Position numbers and translations under genes: made by a program. From NCBI GenBank assembly GCA_965208105.1, contig OZ242318.1, positions 1,472,001 through 1,536,000 on the forward strand: a stretch of DNA of 64,000 nt, written 5' to 3'. Of the stretch, positions 18,975-30,514 are shown one piece after another (within the stretch, counting starts at the first letter, position 1; every line of letters starts with the position of its first letter). Source of the stretch: Candidatus Latescibacterota bacterium. Lineage in GTDB: Bacteria; Latescibacterota; UBA2968; UBA8231. Under the pieces are notes generated by a model. The model did no database searches. It had not been told where the DNA came from and saw nothing but the letters and a program-made list of their open reading frames with translations.

Positions 18975-20066
18975 ATGGTGTTCATTCCAGCCATCCTCTC
19001 CGTGATCGCCCTGGCCCTCAGCCTCGATGCAGAGTCACCGGCGCGGGGATGGAAGCCCACCGCCATCCCCCTGCTCAACTTCAGCTCCGACCACGGCACG
19101 GGTTACGGCCTGCGGTTCAATCTGTTCCACTACGACGGCTCCACCGTCCCCTACAACCGCGCCTATTCCTTCCAGGTCTTCGCCACCACCCGCGGCAAGC
19201 AGGTCCACCGCATCCGCCTCGACGCTCCGCGGCTGAAACCCGGACAGCGGCTCGAGGTTGAAGCGGTCTTCGAGAAGGAGGACTTCGCCAACTACTTCGG
19301 CGACCTGGACGCAGACGCCCTCAGGGCCTACAGCAAGGAGGAAAAGACCTATCAGCAGACCAACCCCCGGCTGCAGTTGACCTGGATCCGCACCTTGCGG
19401 CCCCCGTTCCGCGGCCGCGCCGAGCTGCGCCTGAGCCATCGCGGCATCGTCCCCAACGCCCCCGGCACAGGCCTCCTCGACCGGTTGCGTCCCCTGGGCG
19501 CCGAGGGAGGATTCCTCGCCCGGGCGGTGGCCGCCCTGCGCTGCGATACCCGCGACGACTACACCAACAGCAGCCGCGGCGTCCTCGAGGAAGTCCAGAT
19601 GGAATACAGTTGGGGAGGGAAGGGGGACTATGCCGGCGCCAGGCTGGGTCTGCAGCACCGCCACTTCATCCTCATCCTGCCCGGACTGGTCCTGGCCCAC
19701 CGGGTCCAGGCCGACCTGACCTGGGGAGATTTCCCCTTCTACGAGCAGCTTTCCCTGGGAGGCTCGGAGACCATTCGCGGCCTTTCCGCCGCCCGCCGGC
19801 GCGGCGAGGGACGCCTCCTGGGCAATGGGGAACTGCGCTGGCGCGGTGTGCGGGTCTCCAGAAGCCAGCGCATCTACACCGGCCTGGTTCTCTTCGGCGA
19901 CGTGGGCCAGACCTTCAAGCGCGGCTCCGGTCCCGGCCTCCGGCGCTGGGAGCGCGGCCTCGGCGCCGGCCTCCGCTTCCACTGGCACAGCACCATCGTC
20001 CGCGCGGACTACGGCTCTTCAGGGGAAAGAACCGGACTCTACATGACCTTCTCCCAGGTATTCTGA
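18975..20066 (+). CDS. Omp85/BamA-TamA-family outer-membrane barrel protein (no POTRA domains)
   Basis: Signal peptide; DTRD, LGGSETIRG, GNGELR, FGDVG, GAGLR, C-terminal F; AAGGAGG RBS. Confidence 0.8.
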   Translation: MVFIPAILSVIALALSLDAESPARGWKPTAIPLLNFSSDHGTGYGLRFNLFHYDGSTVPYNRAYSFQVFATTRGKQVHRIRLDAPRLKPGQRLEVEAVFEKEDFANYFGDLDADALRAYSKEEKTYQQTNPRLQLTWIRTLRPPFRGRAELRLSHRGIVPNAPGTGLLDRLRPLGAEGGFLARAVAALRCDTRDDYTNSSRGVLEEVQMEYSWGGKGDYAGARLGLQHRHFILILPGLVLAHRVQADLTWGDFPFYEQLSLGGSETIRGLSAARRRGEGRLLGNGELRWRGVRVSRSQRIYTGLVLFGDVGQTFKRGSGPGLRRWERGLGAGLRFHWHSTIVRADYGSSGERTGLYMTFSQVF

Positions 20067-20167
20067 CGCGTTCAGGACCACGCCGGCTAAAGGAAGGTCC
20101 GAGAATTCAGGCGCCGGCCCGCTCCCGCCGCTGCTGTGGCCAGGCGGGACTCCCCGGGGCCTCAAAC

Positions 20168-21217
20168 TCAGGCCAGCTCCGCCGGCAGGTCGAGGCCGAA
20201 GCGGTCCGCGGCGGCGCGCAGCTTGGCCGCGGTTCCTGGAGGCAGCGGCACCCCGTTGGCCGATCTCTCCGCGAAAGCTTCCTGCTCCAGGTCGCCGGGC
20301 ACCTTCAGGGGCCCGACTCCCTCCCGGGTGGGCAGCGCGGCCATGGTATCGGCGAGCCGGTCGACATCGTCGCGAAAGGCCTCGAGATCGGTGAAGGTGG
20401 CGATGTCGATGGCGGCGACGAAGCTGTTCTGCGTCCCCCAGCTGACCTCCCCGCCGCGCAGCCAGGGCGTCAGCAGCGGGTTGCCCGTCATCAGGCTCGA
20501 CATGCACTCGAACAGCAGCGCGAGGCCGTAGCCCTTGTAGCCTCCCGCGGGGCGCACGAAGACGGCCCTGGCCGGGTCGGTGGTCGCCTCGCCATTCTCG
20601 TCCAGGGCCCAGTCCGCGGGGATCGCGACCCCCTTGTCGAGGGCAACGCGGATCTTGCCGTTGGCCACCACGCTGGTGGCCATGTCGAGGCTGATCGGGA
20701 CGCGATTGCGACCGGGCACGGCGATGGCGATGGGGCTGTTGTGAGTGCCCCCGGTCGTGGCCCCGGGGGGCGCCATGTTGGCGGGGCAACTGGTGACCAC
20801 GGCGATGCCGGCCAGGCCCTGAGCGGCCGCCAGGTGGGTGTAGTAGGCCATGCATCCCTGGTGCCGCGTGTTGCGGATGAGGCCCCAGCCGATACCCACG
20901 TCGCGGGCCTTGGCAATCACCTTGTTCATCGCCGCCACGGTGGGGATGGGACCGAAGGCCTGGTCGGCCTCCATCAGCAGGATGGCCGCGGTCTCCTTTT
21001 CGATCCGCACCTGGGGCCGCAGGCGCACCAATCCGCGGTCGACCCAGTCGATGTATGCCTCGACCAATTGGACGCCGTGGGAATCGACGCCTCTCATGTT
21101 GCTCCACACCAGCACCTCCGCCTCCAGGGCGGCGTCCGCCTCGGGCATTCCCAGGGCGACGAATATCCGCGTGGTGAACTCCCGCAGCCTCTCCTCTCCA
21201 ATGCGCACGTCGCTCAT
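20168..21217 (-). CDS. Ldh_2-family oxidoreductase (malate/L-lactate/ureidoglycolate dehydrogenase-like)
   Basis: RGVDSHG, NSPIAIAVP, LDMATS, GGYKGYGL. Confidence 0.9.
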   Translation of the reverse strand: MSDVRIGEERLREFTTRIFVALGMPEADAALEAEVLVWSNMRGVDSHGVQLVEAYIDWVDRGLVRLRPQVRIEKETAAILLMEADQAFGPIPTVAAMNKVIAKARDVGIGWGLIRNTRHQGCMAYYTHLAAAQGLAGIAVVTSCPANMAPPGATTGGTHNSPIAIAVPGRNRVPISLDMATSVVANGKIRVALDKGVAIPADWALDENGEATTDPARAVFVRPAGGYKGYGLALLFECMSSLMTGNPLLTPWLRGGEVSWGTQNSFVAAIDIATFTDLEAFRDDVDRLADTMAALPTREGVGPLKVPGDLEQEAFAERSANGVPLPPGTAAKLRAAADRFGLDLPAELA

Positions 21218-21326
21218 TCTCTCTCGCTTCTCCTATCGTGGAAATTTGGTAGTGATTGAGGTTGCAGACCCATCGCCGGACTCACCCTTCCCAGGCTCTG
21301 GAGAAGGAATGGCGGGAAGTCCGGAT

Positions 21327-22547
21327 CTACAGGCGATCGACTGTCCAGGCATCCAGCAGGGAATCGTCAATATCCACTCCGAAACCCGGGGCATCGCCGA
21401 CCTTGAAGAAACCATCGCGGGGCGCGGGGCGCAGGACCCGGAAGAGCTCGTTTTCGACCCCCTCGCGGGACGGCCCGAAGGTCTCCGCCATGCAAGGCAG
21501 CGGCAGGCAGGCCGAAAGATGCAATCCCCAGGGCGTGCCGGCCTGATGGAGCCAGGTGGGAACGCCCGTCTCAGCCGCCTCGCGGGCGATCCTCAGACAC
21601 TCGGTAAACCCGCCCGCCCAGCTGATATCCGGTTGAATCATCTCCGCCGCCTTCCAGCGCAAGAGCTCGCGAAAGCCGTAGCGGGTGAACTCGTGCTCGC
21701 CGGAGACGATCCACGCAGGCTGGACCTCGCGGACCAACCTCGCCATTCCCGCGTAGTCGTCGAGGGCCACGGGTTCCTCGATCCACTTGAGATTCGCCGC
21801 GGCCGCCGCCCGGGCGAAGCGGAGGGTGTATTCCACGTCCCAGCGAAGGAAGATGTCCGCCATCAGCTCCACCCCCGGTCCAATGGCGTCGCGCGCCGCC
21901 CCCACGATCTCCAGGTTTTTCGCCATTCCTTCCTCCCCTTCCCCAAGGCCGTTGCGCAGGGGGACCTTGCAGGCGGAGAAGCCGTTCTCCGCATAAAATC
22001 CAACATCTTCGCCGGTGGCGTAGGCGGGGATCTCCAGACGGGGAGAATCGGTGAACAGGCCGTAGGCCGGAGAGTCCACGATCTTGCCGCAGAGGTCGAC
22101 GAGGGCCAGGTCGATCCCGCTCAAGGCGTAGATGACGAGCCCGCGGCGGCCGTAGATGGAGGTCACGTGGTAGAGAAGATCCCAGATCTCCTCTACTTCG
22201 AGCGGATCGCGGCCGCGGACGAAGTACTGAAGGTGTCTCTCGATGATCAACGCGCCCGCGAGGCCGCCGCCTCCGAGGCCGTATCCCTTCACGCCCTTAT
22301 CGGTGGTTATCTCCACGATCAGAGCGCCCGCCTGGGCTGCGAAAGGTCCCCGCCAGTCGACGTGGCCGGTCCCCGGGGAAGGCCCCTGCGCCGCGGCAGG
22401 TGCCCGCGATCCCCCGCTGGCAAACCCCGAGGCCGGCATGGCGCGCGGGTTCAGATCGACGTGCCAGGTGCGAATGCCCGCAACGGCGTGCCGTTCCCGG
22501 GCGCGCCCCTTCAGGGAGGCGGAAAGGCTGTTTTCGCTGGATGGCAT
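21327..22547 (-). CDS. Mandelate racemase/muconate lactonising enzyme family (sugar-acid dehydratase-like)
   Basis: ALSGIDLAL.DL.GK, LMAD, WIEEP, GEHEFT, QPD.SW.GG; GAGGAG RBS before ATG 22547. Confidence 0.85.
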   Translation of the reverse strand: MPSSENSLSASLKGRARERHAVAGIRTWHVDLNPRAMPASGFASGGSRAPAAAQGPSPGTGHVDWRGPFAAQAGALIVEITTDKGVKGYGLGGGGLAGALIIERHLQYFVRGRDPLEVEEIWDLLYHVTSIYGRRGLVIYALSGIDLALVDLCGKIVDSPAYGLFTDSPRLEIPAYATGEDVGFYAENGFSACKVPLRNGLGEGEEGMAKNLEIVGAARDAIGPGVELMADIFLRWDVEYTLRFARAAAAANLKWIEEPVALDDYAGMARLVREVQPAWIVSGEHEFTRYGFRELLRWKAAEMIQPDISWAGGFTECLRIAREAAETGVPTWLHQAGTPWGLHLSACLPLPCMAETFGPSREGVENELFRVLRPAPRDGFFKVGDAPGFGVDIDDSLLDAWTVDRL

Positions 22548-22669
22548 GAGAAGACTCCTCCAGGACGGTGGGAGTAACGATTTTTGGCGGTGAACAATCC
22601 GATCAATTGCAGGCCCCGGCCTCACATTCTCTAAAAAAACCCGGGAGAAGGCAATGGGAGGGAGCGCGG

Positions 22670-22701
22670 TTGGAGCATCCCCTTCTGTTCGAGTATATAA
22701 T
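22670..22701 (+). promoter_or_regulatory. Candidate sigma70-type promoter for the ECF sigma/mini-RNAP unit
   Basis: TTGGAG (22670-22675) then overlapping TATATA/TATAAT (22694-22701) in the AT-rich patch of the divergent intergenic region. Confidence 0.4.
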
Positions 22702-22754
22702 TTCTTATTGAACCGGGTTGTGCGGAGCGGTGTCGATTCTCACAGGGGGGCTTC

Positions 22755-23345
22755 TTGACACCATCGGATGCAGTTTTGATGCGGCGGGTAGCGGCGCGGG
22801 ACCAGGAGGCTTTCGCGATTCTGTTCGCTCGCCACAGGGAACGGGTGAACGAGAGTCTGCGTTGGGCGATCCGGGATCCGGACCTGGCCGAGGATCTGAC
22901 CCAGGAGGTTTTTCTCAGAATCTGGAACAGGGCGGGCCAGTGGTCGGGGCAGGGGTCGTTTCGCGGATGGCTGTTCCGGATCGCGAAAAATCTGTCGCTG
23001 AATGAACTGCGCAGCAAAAATCGCCGGCGCGAACAGCCCATGGAAACTCCTTCGCCCTGGGACGAAGAGGAGGAAGAACCGCCCGTTCCGGGATGGATGA
23101 TAGACCAGGCAGCGCTGGGGCCCGACGCGGCCCTGGAACGCGCCGAGCAGAGGCGGATTTTGCAGGACCTGATCGACGCCCTGCCGGAGGAAAAACGCGA
23201 GGTTCTTCAAATGGTATACGCAGATGAGGTGGCGCTCCAGGAGGTTGCCCGGCGGCTGGATATTCCGGAGGGAACGGTGAAGTCCCGCCTGTTCCATGCG
23301 CGCCGGCAGCTCGCGGAGGCATGGGGCCGAACCTGCGAATCATGA
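22755..23345 (+). CDS. ECF-subfamily RNA polymerase sigma factor
   Basis: Region 2: LAEDLTQEVFLRIW...FRGWLFRIAKN. Region 4: LPEEKREVL...EVARRLDIPEGTVKSRLFHARRQL. TTG start. Confidence 0.95.
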   Translation: MTPSDAVLMRRVAARDQEAFAILFARHRERVNESLRWAIRDPDLAEDLTQEVFLRIWNRAGQWSGQGSFRGWLFRIAKNLSLNELRSKNRRREQPMETPSPWDEEEEEPPVPGWMIDQAALGPDAALERAEQRRILQDLIDALPEEKREVLQMVYADEVALQEVARRLDIPEGTVKSRLFHARRQLAEAWGRTCES

Positions 23346-26447
<3,102 letters not shown>

Positions 26448-26506
26448 GAGCGGGATCTGTTCAACGCGTGAAGGCGGCACCGGCGGCATTTCGCTGCGAC
26501 GGGAAA

Positions 26507-27274
26507 CTACGGGCTGTGTTTCAGGGCCACGGCGCGGCTCGCGGCCAGCGCCTTCGCTGGATCGGGCAGGCGCGGGTTGAGCTCGAGGCTGGCAGGACCG
26601 GAGTAGGGGCTTGCTTCCAGGGCGGCGAAAAGCGCCTCCAGGGTCCCCTCGGTGAGGACGCCGTCGAGCAGGGACCAGTGCAGATCGTCCGCGCCGTCGT
26701 TGTCGTCGAGATGGACGTAACCCAGTTTCTCGCCGGCCGCCGCGATGACGGCGGCCGGATCTTCCGCGGAAATCTGCAGATGTCCGCTGTCCAGGAGAAG
26801 GTAGAGGTTGGGATGGTCCAGGGCGGTCAGGTAGTCGAGGGTCGCCGCGGCCGTCGGCAGGGCCTTGCCGGGGAAGTGCTCGACGCCGACCCCGATGGCG
26901 CGCGCGGCAGCATAGTCGGCCACCTGGACCAGGGACTCGGCGAAATGCGGCAGGGCCTCGAGGTTTTTTCCCGGAACCAGGTAGGCGGTTCCGATCCCGA
27001 GCTCGGCCGCCTGGTCCAGGGCCTTCCGGCAGTGGTCGATGGCCGCCTGGCGGGCCCTCGCCGTCTCCCCGTCGAGGGCGGCCTCGTCCCCCATATTGAA
27101 CGACAGCCCAATGCAGGAGAACTCCATCCCCAGTTCCCGCACCAGGACGCGGGATGAGGGGCTGCCATAGGTTCCGGCCTGCACGTCAATGGAGCGGAAG
27201 CCGATGGCAGCGATGGCTGCGAGAGCATCCTCTTCCGGACCCGGCAGTGACCAGGCGCAGCAGGATAGATTCAC
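26507..27274 (-). CDS. Sugar phosphate isomerase/epimerase (xylose-isomerase-like TIM barrel)
   Basis: VEHFP, LLDSGH, YVHLDDN, SLEL metal-binding pattern. Confidence 0.85.
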   Translation of the reverse strand: MNLSCCAWSLPGPEEDALAAIAAIGFRSIDVQAGTYGSPSSRVLVRELGMEFSCIGLSFNMGDEAALDGETARARQAAIDHCRKALDQAAELGIGTAYLVPGKNLEALPHFAESLVQVADYAAARAIGVGVEHFPGKALPTAAATLDYLTALDHPNLYLLLDSGHLQISAEDPAAVIAAAGEKLGYVHLDDNDGADDLHWSLLDGVLTEGTLEALFAALEASPYSGPASLELNPRLPDPAKALAASRAVALKHSP

Positions 27275-27313
27275 GGGACAGGTTCCTTTCCATTCGAGCC
27301 CCCGGAACGAAAC

Positions 27314-28486
27314 TTAGAAATAGGTCGCGACGCTGAAAAGGAAGGAGGCGCTTCTGACCTCGTTGTTGAAGGGATCCCTTTCCCAGTTTCGCTGGTAGTC
27401 GAGCTTGAATATCGTGTCTTCCTCGGGCCTGAAGTTGAGACCCGGGCTCAGGCGGCGATGGCTGTCTCCCCTGGAGTCAGCGTCGAAGTCCACGGCTCCC
27501 GCGCGCACAACCCCGGTAAACACCGATTCTGGCAATACCGCGATCCAGTCCTTGCCAAAGTGGGCGTTGATCTGAGTGTAGAAGCCTTGCTGGCTTCCCT
27601 GGTAGATCGCGCTCTCGGCGGGCACCTCAATGGAGGCGTTGGCGTACTCGCCGAGCAACTCCAATGACCTCCAGGACAGGTCCCAGTCCACGGCAAGGAT
27701 AGTCAGACTGCGCTTTTTGTCTATGGCCAGGCCATCGACGACCCAGGTATTGTAAGGACCGGTGTGGAACGATCCTCCAAGCTCGCAGGACGGCCGCGGA
27801 CTGACGGCCACGCGCCCCACCCAGGAGGGCCGCTTGTTGTTGTCCTCGAAGTGGCCCTTGCCCGCCGCAATCCGGGTGCCGCCCGGATCACCCAGGATCA
27901 CGCCGTCCGAAAACCCGTTGACGGCGTAGATTTCATAGGTTATCCGCGATTCGACGGTGGGATAGAAGGCGCCATAAAACCCCATGCCTCCTTCGGACAG
28001 AGCGGTGGGTATGAGCTGGGTGCTCACCAGGGGGCGGTCGGTCAGATCGTTGACCGGACTGTCGTGAGAGAGATTGAAACGCCCCAGGGGGGAGAGGATG
28101 ATCCCACCCCGGAAGGTGAGGGCGGGATGGATCTCAAAGTCGATGATGGCGATCTCAACCGCGATCTCTTCTCCCCCTTCCTCGAACTCCAGTTCGGAGG
28201 CCACGCGCACGCGGTCGGAGACCGGGGTATAGGTGAAGATGTTGAAGCGCCTGGGATCAAAGGTCAGCTCCTTTGTGATTCCATCTTCCCGTTCATAGCG
28301 GAAGTGGGCCTCGGCATAACCGCCGACCCTGGTCCCACCTCCCAGCCTGGCGATGAAGGGTTTGTTGTCGATACCTCCTTTGACCAGAGGCCGGGAACCC
28401 GTCGCCACCTGCGCTTCCACACCCGGGGCGAACCCGCCCCAAAAACTCAAGCATAGAAACAGGCTCATACCACCGAGCCGCAGCAT
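27314..28486 (-). CDS. Outer-membrane porin-like beta-barrel protein
   Basis: Signal peptide; GGY.E, SELEFE, amphipathic strands, C-terminal ATYF. Confidence 0.7.
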   Translation of the reverse strand: MLRLGGMSLFLCLSFWGGFAPGVEAQVATGSRPLVKGGIDNKPFIARLGGGTRVGGYAEAHFRYEREDGITKELTFDPRRFNIFTYTPVSDRVRVASELEFEEGGEEIAVEIAIIDFEIHPALTFRGGIILSPLGRFNLSHDSPVNDLTDRPLVSTQLIPTALSEGGMGFYGAFYPTVESRITYEIYAVNGFSDGVILGDPGGTRIAAGKGHFEDNNKRPSWVGRVAVSPRPSCELGGSFHTGPYNTWVVDGLAIDKKRSLTILAVDWDLSWRSLELLGEYANASIEVPAESAIYQGSQQGFYTQINAHFGKDWIAVLPESVFTGVVRAGAVDFDADSRGDSHRRLSPGLNFRPEEDTIFKLDYQRNWERDPFNNEVRSASFLFSVATYF

Positions 28487-28500
28487 ACCTGCTATCCTTT

Positions 28501-28668
28501 CTGGTGTCCCGTCGCAGAGATAGGTTGACGAAATTGGGTCGCCGAGGCGCCAGGCTCACAAGACGTCTGAGCGAGTCGTACCGGTGGTGTACGGCGAGTG
28601 AAGGCAACGCCGTGAGCCGGGATAGATCGGCGGAATAATGGCGACATATATCTGCGACGGGTCACCAG
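28501..28668. repeat. ~168-bp MITE/REP-like structured element, copy 2 (inverted relative to copy 1)
   Basis: Terminal IR CTGGTGTCCCGTCGCAGAGATA / TATATCTGCGACGGGTCACCAG (20/22). Reverse complement of the core closely matches 3870-3950. Confidence 0.85.
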
Positions 28669-29114
28669 TTTTGTGAAACCACTATTTCAATGGTGGTTTC
28701 TTTCACTTCCAACTCGTATCTGGACAGCGGTTTTTTCGCCGGCCCCCGGATCACGTTCCCCTCCAGGTCAAAGACAGCTCCGTGACAGGGACATCTCAGC
28801 GAGTGCTTGCCCGGCCGCACCCGGCATCCCAGGTGGGTGCAGCGGGCGCCCAGCGCCCGGTAGGAACCCTCATCCATGCGGATCAGGATGAGGGCTTCCG
28901 GCAGTCCCGCAGCCGTCACCAGGGCTACATTGTCTACTCGGAATAGTTCTTCCAGTCCGGCTTGGTCCACGATGATACGCCCCTGTACGAGCCGCGCCTG
29001 AAAGGTGGCTGCGGCGCTGCAAGCGGACAGCCCGCCGGCAACCAGACCGGTTCCGGCGGCCAACTGGACCAGAAAACGCCGCCGCGGAACATCCCTGCGT
29101 TCCTTCTCCCCCAT
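28662..29114 (-). CDS. Tat-exported Rieske [2Fe-2S] protein
   Basis: RRRFL twin-arginine motif; CTHLGC and CPCHG. Confidence 0.92.
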   Translation of the reverse strand: MGEKERRDVPRRRFLVQLAAGTGLVAGGLSACSAAATFQARLVQGRIIVDQAGLEELFRVDNVALVTAAGLPEALILIRMDEGSYRALGARCTHLGCRVRPGKHSLRCPCHGAVFDLEGNVIRGPAKKPLSRYELEVKETTIEIVVSQNW

Positions 29115-29116
29115 GG

Positions 29117-30325
29117 CTACAGCGACTTGAGGAAAGCGAGCACGGCGCGCCGGTCGTCCCTGCTCAGGCCAGCATACTTGTCGCGAGAGGCCGCGGCCTC
29201 GCCGCCGTGGAAGAGAATGGCCTCACCCAGATCCGAGGTGCGGCCATCGTGCAGGTAGAAAGCCTCGCCGTTGAGGAAGTCCTTCACAAGGCGCAGGCCC
29301 CACAAAGGCGCCGTGCGCCATTCGCGGCCCGTTGCCTCCCCATCCGGGCGATAGTCCGCCAGTTCGGGTCCCATGTCGTGAAGCAGCAGATCGGAATAGA
29401 GGTGGACATCGATCGCGCTCAACTGCGGAATGGAGCTCGGGCCGGTTTTCATGGTGGGTACATGGCAGGAGACGCAGCCTATATCCGCAAAGAGGAGCTC
29501 TCCGCGCTGGACCTGGGAGGTGATGGTGCCCCGCTGCGGCGGCATGAGCTGACGCACGTACATGACGGTCTGCAACACGGTTGCGGCAGAGATCTCCGGA
29601 TCGGCCACGTCGTCGCCGACAGCCACCCCTCCAGCCTGGGGATGGGGGTTTTCCACCGGAATGAAATCGCTGGTGATGCCAATATCCTGGTGGTAGGCCT
29701 CGGCGACTTGCTGGAGCAGGGAAGAGACCTGTGCCTTGCGCGAAAAGCGCCCCAGTTGAGGCCCGGGACCGCCGCCCACCCGGGATTCGGGAACATAACC
29801 GGGAGCCCACACCATGTTGGGTCGGCCGGATATGCCGTCGCCATCGCGGTCGTCCGGGTCGGCGCGAGACAGGATGGTCTCGACCGGGATGGCCTCGATC
29901 ATTCCCATCCCGAATACCGGCGGCGGCATCCTGAACGTCCGCTCCACCCCTGCCGGCACCGCTTCGGGAGGAACGCCGGGAATCGCCTTGTCCTGGTGCT
30001 GGGGACCTCCCAGGTCCATGGCCGGGTCGCCCTCCCGGCTGAAGCGGACAAATCCCAACTCGGGCGTCCCTCTCCCATCGCCGGGATGACAGCCTTCACA
30101 ACCGACGTTGTTGAAGATGGGGCCGAGCCCTTCTCCCACGCTGAAAGCACGCTCGAAATTCTCGTCACCCATGACAAAAACGGCGTTCAAGTCGTGCGAC
30201 ATGCCTTCCAGAGGCGACTCGAAATCGTCTCCTTTCGGCGGCCTATCCGTCAAGATCGGGTCGCAGCTCATGGCTCCCAGCAGGGCGATTACACTCGAGC
30301 AGAAAAGGGTGCACGAATAGTTCAC
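29117..30325 (-). CDS. Di-heme oxidoreductase (DHOR) family lipoprotein
   Basis: GLGPIFN..GCEGCH and GCVSCH (two CxxCH), SDLLLHDMG, WRTAPLWG, YLHDGR, HGGEA. Confidence 0.9.
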   Translation of the reverse strand: MNYSCTLFCSSVIALLGAMSCDPILTDRPPKGDDFESPLEGMSHDLNAVFVMGDENFERAFSVGEGLGPIFNNVGCEGCHPGDGRGTPELGFVRFSREGDPAMDLGGPQHQDKAIPGVPPEAVPAGVERTFRMPPPVFGMGMIEAIPVETILSRADPDDRDGDGISGRPNMVWAPGYVPESRVGGGPGPQLGRFSRKAQVSSLLQQVAEAYHQDIGITSDFIPVENPHPQAGGVAVGDDVADPEISAATVLQTVMYVRQLMPPQRGTITSQVQRGELLFADIGCVSCHVPTMKTGPSSIPQLSAIDVHLYSDLLLHDMGPELADYRPDGEATGREWRTAPLWGLRLVKDFLNGEAFYLHDGRTSDLGEAILFHGGEAAASRDKYAGLSRDDRRAVLAFLKSL

Positions 30326-30364
30326 ATATACTCCTAAAATTTTATTTGGTTGTGTATACTTATT

Positions 30365-30384
30365 AATTTAGTCCAGGCTAAATT
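30365..30384. promoter_or_regulatory. Palindromic operator, DtxR/MntR-like
   Basis: AATTTAG-TCCAGG-CTAAATT (perfect 7-6-7), 40 bp upstream of the DHOR start. Confidence 0.55.
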
Positions 30385-30514
30385 TTCCACAAGTCCCATT
30401 TCACAACTCAGGTTGTAGTGGAGTCATTGACATATCCCATTGGGTTCCACATATTTAAGCCCTATTCCCTCAAACGATCGCCGGACCTGGGGCGCCTTGA
30501 ATCTGGAAGACAGT

